A stretch of 64,000 bases of DNA from Podarcis filfolensis. Its lineage: Eukaryota. Below, piece by piece: positions 36,992 to 49,634 of the stretch (positions are counted from its first letter, which is position 1; each line of letters opens with the position of its first letter). The stretch lies in assembly GCA_964270895.1 (NCBI GenBank), contig OZ185438.1, one strand, 5' to 3'. The notes below the pieces were generated by a model. It worked only from the letters and a program-made list of their open reading frames with translations, was not told the origin of the DNA and searched no databases. The position numbers and the translations under genes were made by a program.

Positions 36992-38657
36992 TTTAGTGAG
37001 ATTTAGCTTTGAGTAAATATGGAGAGGATTCCTCAGCTAATCTAGGTTCTTTTAAATCTGGGTATATTATTAACTACCCTGGCAACCACAAGGAAAAAGT
37101 CAAGCCAGTTGACTTCATCCTAGCTTTATATTTCTCTAACATTTTTTATCTCTTTGTCATTTTGACATATTTTTTGTTTCCTTGGTACACACAGCCAGAG
37201 ATCAACCTGGGGGCAACCTGTAGTCAATTTCACCACTGAGCTAGTCTAGCCAAAGTGCATCTCCTACTGAGGCACGTATAACTAGGGGTGCAGGAGGCAG
37301 GCAAGTCTGACAAGGAAAGGCCTTGGCTATTGTCATTTGAAATTACATATAAGCTCTGTAAATCCTTCAGTGTTCAGGCTTATATTTGCCCAAAATGCCA
37401 ATTCCCGCCCCCCTAAATGAGACCATTTATGACACTGATAAGGTAAACACAAGGGAGCAGTAAGTGGATTCCCTTGAGTAATTACAGCCGTCAACAGTGG
37501 CTAAGCTTATAAGACAATCATTAACTGAACCCAGCATCTGCTCATTATGTATCTGAACAGGAAAAATAACTCTGCATGAGCCCCCTCTTTTTGCCAGTCA
37601 CACAGCACCCTGAGGACAGACAGTAAATAGAGGATTTTTTAATGGATCAAAGTGGTGCCAGTCAATTCTGTACTGCTCTTAGCTGGTATTGAGAGAGCTA
37701 AAGCTCGGAACACCGTTGGATTCATGTTTATGAATAATTGGAACAGAGCCTTAGCAAATTTGCATCTTTTTCAACGGTGGGGGGGACGGACCTATATCAT
37801 ATGTCAAATTTTTAAAATAACTTTTAACTCTGCAAAACACCTCACTTGTCATACTTTGCTCTACTTTTACCAAAACCAGATCTCTTCTTAAATTCTTCCA
37901 AGCTAAACGCACCCCATTTTCTACATATTATGGCATGGCTCATTGAGAGCTTCACAGTCCCCCACTCCCTTTTGTAGATCTGGGAAGAAAGCAGAGGCAA
38001 AATTTTATCAAGGTCCTGAAGGTTATGTGCCTAGAAGATTGCATTTTAATGAATTAATTTATTCATTTATATTATTTGTATTTTATTTGGGAAGTATATG
38101 CTCATTTTATATGAGTACATCTATGCCAATTTTATACCAAAGCATTAATCTTGTCAGTATTTGAAAGTAGCAATGTAAGGGTTCTTTGTCAATTCAGCCC
38201 ATCCTTTGAACAAGAAAGGGCCATTGTCCTGTCTCTTAACTGAGACACCAACTCTCAGCCGCAATGTGTCCACAATGTACCAACACATGCTGATCAATTT
38301 GAAAGAACAAATTATGACTATTGTTTAATCACAAGAGACTATATGTTTTGGCTTGTTTATTCACACCATTTCCGATTCCATCTACACATAGTGAAAAGTC
38401 TCACACCTGCACATAGCGCGAAAGGTAAGGTGTTAAGAAGACAGAAGATGTTCTGAATTCTGCCTTTGGAGTTGGCTCTTATCTTCATTTCAGAGTCTAC
38501 AAGTGAACAGCTGCCCAGCATTCAGCGGCGCCTATCAGCAGCATTCATCTCCCTTGAAACATATCTGTGCTTTCAGGAGGGAGTCAAACTTGTGATTCCA
38601 TATGATACATTTGCCATTGACTGCATTAACCATTTCTTTTGTTATTCAATATTATTG

Positions 38658-39289
38658 TGTTATAAGAATTCTGAGTCTCAAATATAAATAAAATGTTTAT
38701 AAATGTGCAAGGCAATCACATACATAAATATATAAACCACATTGCTGAAATAGTACAGGAGAGCAATCCTGATGCCATTTTGACTCTCCCAAATTGACCT
38801 CAAATATTTCTCTGCAAGGAGGAAGAAAATGAGAAAGCCTCCCCATTGTCTTTTGCTTGCCTACCTTAAGGACGTATTTGTGTATGAATAGGGTGAGCCT
38901 GTGACCTGGATTCAGGAACTGAAGTATTAACCATCACATAAGAATGGCCAGACTGCCCAGGTAATGCCTCCTCTGCTGTAAACCACCTCCTTCTGTTATG
39001 TATATATGGTGTTTTAGGGGAGTGGTCTTGGGCTACAGGGTGGGCAATTTCAAAAGTCTGTATAAGGGCATGCACACCATTGTTCAGGGTTCTCCTCCCT
39101 CCTGTGTGTGGTGAGTGGGGACGCTGTTGCAACAGCTTAATAAAGATCAGGCTTACTAGCTGCTTTGCTTTTCAATATACTCTGGTTGGCCTCTGTTATT
39201 TTCTCCTACCAATAGGGGACCCACTTAAGGACTCTCTACAGGCTCTTGGATACCCCATAAGGGAAAAGAAGCAGTTTTTTCTTATAACA
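38658..39289 (+). mobile_element. Solo LTR, 632 bp
   Basis: Perfect 11-bp inverted ends tgttataagaa / ttcttataaca, 4-bp TSD attg, TATA-like gtataagg near 39060, AATAAA near 39140. Confidence 0.9.
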
Positions 39290-40288
39290 ATTGGCAGTGG
39301 AAGACTTTTAGGTATATATTTTCATTGCAATTATGCAGACACATGTATTTACATAAGCTTGTTAATCATGTGCACAATCTCATTAATTGAGCAGACTTTC
39401 TCTTACTTATCCTCATATCAGTCCTGCATTGCATAGGTCTGTGTTCTTCCTTTTTTTAAAAAAGTGAGGATACCAAGCAAGAGAGATGGTGATTAGCCCA
39501 AGGCCTCCTATTAGACCAGAGAAACACCTCGAAGATAATGTCACACAGATTAGTTAACCTTGAACACCATCCTGCTATGCTTAGGGAGACAATTAAAAAA
39601 ATATTCAAAGGGTAGTTCAGGCCTCCACAACTTGACACAACCTCCACAACCTACTAAACAAAATACAGCTCATGAGGCATGGCTGGAGATCCATAAGAGG
39701 ATGGATAGACCTCCTGTTTATGCCACCTGCTTGGGACTCTACAATATTGGGGTTGACAAGCACATGAAAGGCCATACGGCAACTTTGTTGAAGCTTGGTG
39801 CCATTGTATGATCCTTCAGTTTCCAGATTTCCAGGTGAAATCTGTTGCATTTCAAAGAGCCTTCCCTCTTCACTTTAGCTACTCTGAAGCACAAATTCCA
39901 ACCAGACATTTGTCAATCAGGCCTTCACTCCCTGGAGAACAGCAGCAGCTGTATGATTAGCAAATGCTTGTGTCACTCTGCCTTGTATGAATTCAGCCGC
40001 TGCTCATACATGAGTAGTGAATCTGTAACCAACATCCTACTGTGCCAATATGGGTTTAAAGATTTCATTCTGAATTTGAGAGGAATAACTACTAGCCTTG
40101 CCAGCAGTGTCAAGGCAAGGTGTTTTTGTTGCTGACATGCCTAACCATATCACTGAACAACTTGCCACATTAATTCTGAATTGATCTTATTTTTAGGGGT
40201 GAATAATAGGCCTACATGAGTGGCTAGACTCTTGTGAAGGAGATTTCAGCAATACTGTATAAACATACTTTGAAAGTCAAATAATATC

Positions 40289-40340
40289 TATCCATCCATC
40301 CATCCATCCATCCTTCCATCTATCCACCCAGCCATCCATA
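40289..40340. repeat. (TCCA)n tetranucleotide repeat
   Basis: Direct reading. Confidence 0.9.
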
Positions 40341-41193
40341 TATCTATCTCTTAAGTATGGATATAAACTTGATGCATAATTCTTTCTTTTACCCTTCTTC
40401 TCTCCATCTGCTCAAGCTGGGACTTTCAGTGTACCTGAACTTTGTTGTGGTGCAAGCCAAGCAGGCAAGGTCTTGCTGGACAATGAGGGTGAGGATTCCA
40501 GCCAAGCAGAGACCCACAACCCAAGCTTGGGAGAGTCTTGTGGCCAATCCCACCTCAGGTCTCTTATGCTCCCCCCATCGCCTTTACTATGTTGATCCTG
40601 CCCAATGCCATTTCCGCCCTATGCAAAATGTTCTTCCACCTAAGAAAAGGAAGCCATAATATTCACTGTTGGAAAGATAAACAATGCCCAACCAAGTGCC
40701 AATCAGGTTGGGTGAAGAAGAAGAAAATTTCTGGCTCTGTTGACCAGCAGCCCAAATTGCATAGTGGGTAGGAATCTTGTGGGATGGAATGACCCCAAAC
40801 TCTGGAGGGGGAAGCTTTATAAAAGCTTCTACCCCCTCCTCCTCCCCCAGGGATCCACAAGAGAGTTTCTTCCTGTGGGTCCTGTGGGAGTATGCCATAG
40901 GCAGAATTGTGTCCTCAGTTACTCCTTCTCTAGGCCTCATGCCTCTGGGCAAAGGTATTCCAAGCCAATTTGGGCCTGGAGCGAGACTTACTGATTTAGG
41001 CTACAACCTTAACCATGTCTGATCAGAAGTAAATCACAGTCAATTCAGCTAAATGTGGTTAGGATTGCAGTTTTCTTTATTATTTAGATTTGTCAACTTT
41101 GAGATATATATTACAGAGAAAGAGAGTGATGGAGAGGGAAAGGGATACACATTTATACCCACACACTGCCAAATTTAAAATAATAATAATATG

Positions 41194-41566
41194 GGTAAAG
41201 GTAAAGGTAAAGGTACCCCTGCCCGTAGAGGCCAGTCTTGACAGACTCTAGGGTTGTGCGCTCATCTCACTCTAGAGGCCGGGAGCCAGCGCTGTCCGCA
41301 GACACTTCTGGGTCACGTGGCCAGTGTGACGAAGCTGCTCTGGCGAGCCAGCACCAGCGCAGCGCACAGAAACGCCGTTTACCTTCCCGCTATAAAGCGG
41401 TACCTATTTATCTACTTGCACTTAAGGGTACTTTCGAACTGCTAGGTGGGCAGGAGCTGTGACCGAACAATGGGAGCTCACCCCGCCACGGGGATTCGAA
41501 CCGCCGACCATGAGATCGGCAAGTCCTAGGCGCTGAGGTTTTACCCACAGCGCCACCCACGTGCCC
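41194..41566 (-). mobile_element. Sauria SINE, full length, divergent subfamily
   Basis: (aaggta)n tail and tRNA-like head; the 3' body differs (gtacccctgcccgtagaggccagtc). Confidence 0.92.
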
Positions 41567-42994
41567 ATTGTAATACTTAATACCTTGTAAATAAGAGTTT
41601 CAGGAAAAGTCTTCACGTAGCACCAAATAGGTCATAAAGACCCTGGATCCAGACCTTTCCACAGTTAGGGTGCCACCACCCAAAATGCCATTTCGCTACA
41701 CATACCACTTTCATCTCATTTCATTCTCTTTCAGAGAAGAGCTTCAGTGTAGGAATACAGGGGCCAGAGGGAGGAGGCAGTCCTTCAGGTAACTATATTC
41801 ATGTTCAAAACTTCATAAGTCAAAAACAGGAGTTTGAATTATGTTGTGTAGTGTTCTTCTCTTGTCTCCTTTATGCTTGCATTTCTTTCCCAAATATGAA
41901 AGTGCAACTTTTTACCTATAGATAATAGACTCAGAAGCTTCACCAATCACAGATAGCAAACAATCACTTCTCTAAAAGTGGGGAAAGTAGAATTTCTGTT
42001 GTTGTTTTTTTTAAAAAAATGTACAAGCCTGTAACAAATAAAACTACAACTACACATTATCAGCTGTGGATTTGCTGACAGAAGCCAATTCATGACAATC
42101 AGCTAGAAATACATATATTTCTCTGCACAGAAAATAGAGTTCTTATTTAAACAAAATAACATTGTCCCATATCCAATAAGAGTAATTTGAAAGGGAATGA
42201 TTGGCTTTTGGATTCCTGCAATTTATAGAAACTATTAGATTTGTGCTAGTTATTTGTATGGCATTTGGGGGGGAAACAAAACAAAACAAAATGGCATCTT
42301 TATGTTCTAAATGTGTGTTGATTGTTCTACTTGTTGGGGGAAAGTAGTGCACTGTCTGTTTGCAAGCTGTAACACTGTATTTATTTTACTGCCATTCTGT
42401 TAAATTAACCTTAAAGAAGGAATAAATTCTCTGCAGCCTAAATTATCTCTAAAAATATTCCAGACACATTGCTGATATAATATGGAAAGGAGCTTACCTT
42501 TAATGAGCTACTGAATCCTGCAGCTACCATAGCTAGCAGAAGACTGTTATTTCCCACAAACCTTTAATTTCAACTTAAACGTGCAGTTTCTTATCATCTC
42601 ACTGCACTAACCTTTGTCTCCCTGTGTTTGCCAACAAAACAGTTGCTGATTGTTCTGACAGCCTGTGATGATTTTTTTTTTATTTTTACCCCCTTAGAAA
42701 TATTTGCAGCACATGTGACACTGCCACAATGATTTAGGTCACTGTTTTTGATAAAATTGGTATTTCCTTTTTATTCCTCAAGCACTATCATGGTGAAAGG
42801 AATCTTATTTTTCAGTCTCCGTATGAATGTCTACTGCTGACATTACTTCCTAAAATAATTCAAAAGCCACATGGACAGTCATTTGATGCTCTTTGTAAAA
42901 TATTCCCCAAATGAATCTGACATTTGCTAATTATTCTAGAATCAGAATAGTATGGTGTGTTTGTGTGAGAGGGAAGAGTTAAGGATATCATGTA

Positions 42995-43236
42995 CAGTGG
43001 TACCTCGGGTTACATACGCTTCAGGTTACATACGCTTCAGGTTACAGACTCCACTAATCCAGAAACAGTGCTTCAGGTTAAGAACTTTGCTTCAGGATGA
43101 GAACAGAAATCAGGCTCCGGCGGTGCAGCAGCAGCAGGAGGCCCCATTAGCTAAAGTGGTGTTTCAGGTTAAGAACAGTTTCAGGTTAAGAACAGACCTC
43201 AGGAACGAATTGAGTACTTAACCTGAGGTACCACTG
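42995..43236. mobile_element. Tigger/pogo-type MITE (cagtggtacc family)
   Basis: TIRs with TA TSD. Confidence 0.92.
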
Positions 43237-44114
43237 TATACTCACGACAAACTCAGGTGTTTGAATGCACATCAGTTTAGAAGTCAAAGAGAGCATCCAA
43301 AAAGCATGGTACCGGAAGCCTCTTACACTTCATTCTTCACGCTCATCACAAGGTTCACCACAAGGTTCCCTATATACTTTCTTATCTGTGCTATGTAGAG
43401 AGTTTTGGAGAGAGTAGAAAAAAGAAATTATACCTTTCTCTTTGATGACTATCTCCTTGTGCTGTTCCCGGCGTGTTTCTCCTGCTCTACCTCACTCCAA
43501 ATCTTTTGCTTGTTTCCTTTGACTATTCCCCAATATGTAAGTGATTTACATTGTCTTACCCTACTCTCCCCCCCCCTCCCCCGCTTCATCTACTGTGTGG
43601 ATGTGATCCTGTACCAGACCTCATCCTGTCAGCTCTTTGGCTGTGTGGAAGAACTGGGTCTAGTTCCTGTAAGCCTGGAAATGGCGCCCATGTGTGTCAG
43701 TGCTATTCCATCAATTACATTATACTCAGCGCTATTCTTTCTAGAAAAAGGTGCTGGAGCTCTCCATGAATGCCTCCCTTGTTATTATAATGGCAGTGGT
43801 GCCCACCTGATAGGTACTAGAACTGAGGTCTGGGCTGGATCTACACTGGTCTGTAAAAAAAGCTTTTTAAAAAACAAACAAAAACAAAACATAATATAGC
43901 TCTCAATGCAATTTCTCATTGGCGGCAGATCGCTGCTCACATTTTTCTAATGCATTTTTAATGTTTTAACTGACCAGTGTAGATTAGTCCCTGGTGAGTT
44001 CCAGCTGAAAAAAAGCCCGGATTCTACTCCTTCTCTACTAAAAGCCAGAACATCTCTGTAAAGGTCCCAACTCACTGGCACGGATTAATTCAAACAATGA
44101 AATATGCCTTCTAA

Positions 44115-44250
44115 CTCAGTGGTACAGCTTTGCATATATAGTGTGCCAGGTTCCTTACCTGAAATGTTGGACAGCTGTGGCCAGTCAGTGTAAACTATAC
44201 TGAGCTAGATGGAGCAATAGCTCTGACTCATTATAAGGCAGTTTCTCACC
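44115..44250 (+). mobile_element. Degraded Squam2-like SINE
   Basis: Similarity to 28871-29066 (ccagtcagtgtaaactatactgagctagatgg...ctctgactcattataagg). Confidence 0.55.
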
Positions 44251-44688
44251 TTCCAGTTCTTCAGTCCATATATATTCTTCATTACACATCAGTTTGCTAA
44301 CTGTAAGCCACCAAATCACATTGGCAGGAAAACAATGTTTGAACGACATCGAACATTGTGAATTTCACAGTGTACCGCTATTACAGAAACAATTGTGCTA
44401 AATGACTTTGTGCTGATCCACTTTGAAGAGTGGCAGAATCAATAGTACTCAACCTTTCTCATCTCATACCTGTGGTGTATAAATGTGCCGGCTCAGGAAA
44501 GGCAGTTTAGAAAGTTCAAGGCCTACATACCCTGCGTAGGGTTATATGTGTTGCACTGGATATTTTAAAGTTTGGAGCTTTAGCAAATCCAGTCTATGCA
44601 TAGTTTTCAGCACAATGTTTAATCTAGAGATACCTAAAGAACAGAAAAAATGTAAGAAGAATCCTTATGGATCAGACTAATGGCCATC

Positions 44689-44778
44689 CATAGCTGTCAA
44701 CTTTTCCCTTTTCTTGAGAGGAATCCTATTCAGAATAAGGGAATTTCCCTTAAAAAAGGGGGAAAGGTGACAGCTATG
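44689..44778. mobile_element. 90-bp TIR element inserted in a CR1-tail remnant
   Basis: TIR catagctgtca(a/c)ctt; flanked by ctaatggccatc and ctaatggcccaac. Confidence 0.8.
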
Positions 44779-45142
44779 CTAATGGCCCAACTAGACCAGC
44801 ATCCTGTTGCCACAGTTTTCCCCCAACAGCTGGTATTCATAGTCATTGATCCTCCATGCAGCAGTACCAACTTGATTTTTTTAAAAAAATGGGGGGGGGC
44901 AAATAAGTCTAACCCTCACAATCAAACACATGATGTGGTGCACTCATACCATTGGAATGTCAATGTCCATCAACTTTGGAGGCCCCAGCCCCCTCAAATA
45001 TTTTATTGAGGAGCCAAAGGGACCTCGGCCTCTAGGAGGTAGCTCCTATGCCTCCACAAATTTATCTAACCCCCTCTAAAATCCATCCAGGTTGGTTGCA
45101 TTTCCACAGCTTGTGGCAGTGAATTCCAGTAGCCGTAAAAAG

Positions 45143-45520
45143 GGGAAGTGGGTGGCGCTGTGGTCTAAACCCCTGAGCCTCTTGGGCTTGCCGATTGGAA
45201 GGTCAGCGGTTCAAATCCCCGCAAAAGGGTGAGCTACTGTTGGTCTGTCCCAGCTCCTGCCAACCTAGCAGTTCGAAAGCATGCCAGTGCAAGTAGATAA
45301 ATAGGAACCACTGCGGTGGGAAGGTAAACAGTGTTTCCATGTTCTCTGGTTTCCGTCACAGTGTTCCATTGCACCAGTAGCAGTTTAGTCATGCTGGCCA
45401 CATGACCTGGAAAGCTGTCTGCAGACAAACACCGGCTTCCTTGGCCTGAAAGTGAGATGAGCGTCACACCCCATAGTCACCTTTGACTGGACTTAACTGT
45501 CATGGGGTCCTTTACCTTTT
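45143..45520 (+). mobile_element. Sauria SINE, full length, older subfamily
   Basis: Head tggcgctgtggtctaaacc and tail ggggtcctttaccttt. Confidence 0.9.
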
Positions 45521-47129
45521 TTATATATACCAGTAGTGGTGTATTTGCTGGGGCAGAGCTGCAAAGCCAGTCTCCCGACATCAGAGTCATGACTGCTTCC
45601 CTGGATATATATATTTAAAATAATGTTACTATTTGTACCCCACCCATCTGACTGGGTTGCCCCAGGCATTCTGGGTGGCTGGATGGGGCTCCGGCAGATG
45701 GTGGTGTCAAGATTGAGGCCATGAGGCAAATCAAAACTTTATTGTTACAGGCAATGACCAGTGTTAAGGAAACAAGATAGAAACACATATATAATATTAT
45801 CCGGATGTGTATAGAAGGACAAAATAGAATAAAGTAAAGAAAAAAGGTAGCATAGAATAAAAATAATAATAAAAAATGGGTTTCTCATTTTAAAAGTCAT
45901 AGTCATGTCATGAACTCCAAAGATGAAAATTGCGAGGTGTCTGGGGTCAGTCCCTGTTTGGTTTTGTTTGCTACAGCACAGTACTTGGCCACACCAAGAG
46001 TGATAGATGCATTTTTATTTGAGAGGAGTAGACGGACATAAAATGCACCTGAACATCCTAGCAGATTTAATAGTAAGGGTTTGCTAAATATTTTATTCAG
46101 ATCTTTGTAAAAGGAGTAAAACAAGAGGACATGATTCCCTGGCTCGACCTCTCCAGAGTTGCAGGGGCATGTACATTCATGGTAGGAAACTTTTAAAGTA
46201 TCTTCCCTTCAAAACTGCTGAGGGAAGGGTATTTAGGCATGCCAGGGCAATTCAGCTTTTGGACTGAAAGTGCAGAAAGATAGCTGGTTTATTGAACTAG
46301 AATGGTCTGTCAATTTGAGGATACTTGGAGGATGAACCTAGGCCATGTTGGTGTTCAAAATCTACAATGCATTGCTTGAGAGCTGTTCTAACCTTTCCAT
46401 ATCCGAGAGAGATGAGGGAGCTCAAGGAGAATCCATATAGCTGAAGTTAGTGTGCCAGGGTTTGGTTTCATAGAGATTGAAAGCTGTCCTGAAGGGCTAT
46501 TGGGGCTAAGCTAGTTGACTGGAAGGTTAGCTTTAACTGTAAGTTGAAAAATGTGGCTGCACAAGCAACAAAAGTCCTGCTGGAGAAGAGAGAGATGAGG
46601 TCAGCCTGCAAATCCATCTGCATGTCTCTACCTGGTAGCCATACTGACCTTCTGACCCATGACTTTCTTCAGGACTCAGAAGAGGGGGAGAAACAACAGT
46701 TGTGGTTTACTACCTGACCGCTTTTGCCTTGCTGCTACTGTAGATATGGTGTGGGAGTTTCTTACTGTATATGTTTGTGGGTAACCATTTATACCAGTCA
46801 GAGTAAAGCCTAGGTGGGTTGGAGAGATGGAAGCTGTTAAGTTACTCAAAAGCCACAGAGTAAGGATGTGTTGCCACAGTGTGGGACAGAGGCGGAGCAA
46901 GTGAGTTGCCATAAGTTTAAAATTGAGTAGGAACTGTTATTGTTATTGTAGTTTTGCTTGTTTGTCTTATGACAGTAATGGTTGTCTGTTGTTTATTGGA
47001 CACACAACTGGGAAAAGAAGCAAGTACTGGAAGCAATATCCCAGGGATGGGGAACCAGTGGCCCTCCAGATGACCACAACTTCCACCATCCCTCACCACT
47101 GACTGGGGCCAATGGGAGCTGGAGACCAA

Positions 47130-47890
47130 CAAGATCTGGAGGGGGGCTAGCAGGGACTGACAGGACACTGAAGAGTGTGCAGCAGGGGAAGATGGGCTGA
47201 AGTCTGACTCAGGAGAGGGGGGCAGTGGTTTGTGGGGAACTGTAGCAGCCAGGAGGCCAGAATCAGAGGCAGGGGAAGCTTCAGAGTTGGAGCATAGAGT
47301 ATGGATAGGATGGGTCAGAAGAAAAGGAGGCAGAGGCAAGTCAGACAAGTGAAAGGCCAGGTGCTTCCTATTCCCTCCTGCACTATTGTGATGAAGAACC
47401 AGGAGGAAATTGAAAAGAAGAAGTTGCCTCACAGATGCAGTCTCCAGCTGTGTTCATGCAGACCACTAGGGGAAGTTCCATAAGCTGGTGGAGGTGGAGT
47501 GGTCACCTGTTGCTACAACTGCTCCTTAGGGTGTGGACCTGGGAAGAGCTGCCTAGCCTTGAGTGGGGTGAGTAGATATCTAGAGCTGTAGGAGTGTCGT
47601 CTTTGACAATAGATACTATCCACTGTGTGCATTCCTTAGGCTAGGAAGAGCCCTTGACAGGTTCCCTCTGTAACCCGTTGTGCTTTCAACCAACTACAGG
47701 TTCCTAGAACCAAGGCAAGAGATGGAGATAAATGCTGAGGCATTTTCTATGGTGCTCAGTCAAGCACCACTCACGGGGTATTCTTGGACCTCACCATCTC
47801 CATGGTGAGCTGAGGTTATGTCCTAGGCTACACCCAACATTCTTGGGCTGTGCACTACAGACGCAATGTTTATCTGGCAGCATTTGATAC
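47130..47890. mobile_element. Probable degraded LTR-derived sequence
   Basis: Purine-skewed, GC-richer block with internal tgtagcagc...gttgctaca; explains the low-complexity ORF 46917-47432; ends unresolved. Confidence 0.35.
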
Positions 47891-48406
47891 ATAGCACACT
47901 TGTATCATTCATCCTCATATGACCATTAGGACTTAGCTCAGTGATTTTCAAACTGTCATCTTAAGAACTGCAACGTTCCTTGAAAGCTTAGCAGGCATTC
48001 TTGACGAAAATCAGTAATGGAGGAGGACAAATGTCCCTGAAAGACACATTCCATCATTACTAATCTTATCCTTCACTACAGTACAGTTTTAGACCAGATT
48101 GTGAGTTACAGTTTTTTAGGGCAAGGAGAGACACTGAAGACCAGTATTTTGCCCCATGTAAAGAGGAGGGGTATGGGAGGAATTGCATCCAGTTCCTAGT
48201 TAAAGGTGAACAGTCCTCCTGAAACAATATGAGAACCTAAATACAGCCATATGTCAAGTAACAGGTTCAAAAATGCATATACTAAGCCTAAAGTAAAGTT
48301 TGGATTAAAATCATATTAGTAAACATAACAACGTGGTTATTTAGGGGGAATGCGGTTTGCAAAAATGTGTGCATTTTCTTTTCTTTTTTTCTTTTGTAAA
48401 ATTTAG

Positions 48407-48496
48407 ATGTCATTGAGGGACAAGGAAAATCTGTTTTTGAAAATGTTCATGAACATTAAAAACAATGAGGATGAATACTATGCCTTTTCAGATCTG
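48407..48496 (+). CDS. Candidate 90-nt exon MSLRDKENLFLKMFMNIKNNEDEYYAFSDL, gene unidentified
   Basis: Long polypyrimidine tract plus ag, 30 open codons, donor ctg|gtgagt; opposite strand to the 26196/23528 pair. Confidence 0.3.
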
Positions 48497-48671
48497 GTGA
48501 GTATGATGTTTTAACCATGTGAGTATGATGTTTTATCTTTTTGTCCTCCTCTAATAACTGCAAAGAGAAATCACACATTGTCTTTCCATTGAATTGGCTT
48601 ATGAAGTCTGTTTCAAGGATATTTTGTAGTGCACAAATTGTGCATGTATTGTGCACAAGGACCTCCATTGT

Positions 48672-48823
48672 GGCAGAAGTGGTTTAGTCATGCTGGCCAC
48701 ATGACCCGGAAACCTGTCTGAGGACAAACGCTGGCTCCTTTGGCCTGAAAGTGGAGATGAGCACTGCACCCCATAGTCGAATTTGACTGGACTCAACCAT
48801 CCACGGGTCCTTTACCTTTACCT
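48672..48823 (+). mobile_element. Sauria SINE 3' half
   Basis: ttagtcatgctggccacatgacc through gggtcctttacctttacct. Confidence 0.88.
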
Positions 48824-49023
48824 GTAACAGACCTAAGAAGCAATCCTCTATGTGTAGCAAGCTGGTGTAAAGCAAGCCAATGCAATTTAAACCAGAGTAA
48901 AGATGTACCAGATCCAAACCCCCATTCAGCTGTGGGGCTAATGCTGCTGCTTTGCCTAAGCCTGGCAGATGGAAAATAAGCCTTTAAAATAATGTTTTAA
49001 GCTGGTTGGCAGGTCACATGACT

Positions 49024-49634
49024 CATACTCTCCAACATTTCTCAGATGAAAATAGGGACCTCCTATTCCATTACAGTCGTACCTCGGTCTAAGAACAGTC
49101 CTGTTAACAAACAATTTGGGCAACGCACTCCACAAAACCAGAAGCAGGTGTTCTGGCTCGCGAACTTTGCCCCAGAAGACGAACGGAAGACGACTGGTGG
49201 AAGGGCACAGTGGCAGGAAGCCTCATTGGGGAAAGTGCACCTCGGTTTAAGAATTTTTTTGGTGTAAGAACGGGCATCCAGAATGAAATAAGTTTGCAAA
49301 CGGAGGTACCACTGTATTATTATTATCCTGCTCATCTGATTGGGTTGCCCCAGCCACTGTGGGCAGCTTCCAACATATACAAAAACATTAAACAATTAAA
49401 CAATTTAAAAATACCTTTGCCGTACAGGGCTGCCTTCTGATGTCTTCTGAAGGTTGTATAGATACTTATCGTCTTGGCTGAAGGGTTGCGTAACTCCATA
49501 TCCTCCAACATTTCTCCAATGAAAATAGGGACGTCCTAAGGAAAAGTGAGATATTTCAGGATCAAATCAGAACCTGGGACAGCTTCTGGAAATTCGGAAG
49601 TGTCTCTGGAAAATAGGGACACTTGGAGGATCTG
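49024..49634. mobile_element. Composite hAT-like element containing an L2 fragment and a nested Tigger-type MITE
   Basis: Ends catactctccaa / ttggaggatctg; flanking catgact / cacgact; the head is repeated internally at about 49497. Confidence 0.65.
49074..49314. mobile_element. Tigger/pogo-type MITE (cagtcgtacc subfamily)
   Basis: TIR cagtcgtacctc / gaggtaccactg with TA on both sides. Confidence 0.88.

Noticed and set aside
40440-41000. Additional LTR with a TATA box inside the palindrome aagctttataaaagctt
   Set aside because: The composition is suggestive, but I could not find TG...CA ends with a TSD.
43405-43899. 164-aa plus-strand ORF, the longest not derived from a repeat
   Set aside because: It runs through pyrimidine and poly-A tracts, has no recognisable motif, and starts at a non-ATG codon. 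A 44-nt minus-strand exon at 43808-43851 is possible but phase-incompatible with its neighbours.
46917-47432. 171-aa Ser/Pro-rich ORF
   Set aside because: It spans a MITE remnant and purine-skewed LTR-like sequence; low complexity explains the lack of stops.
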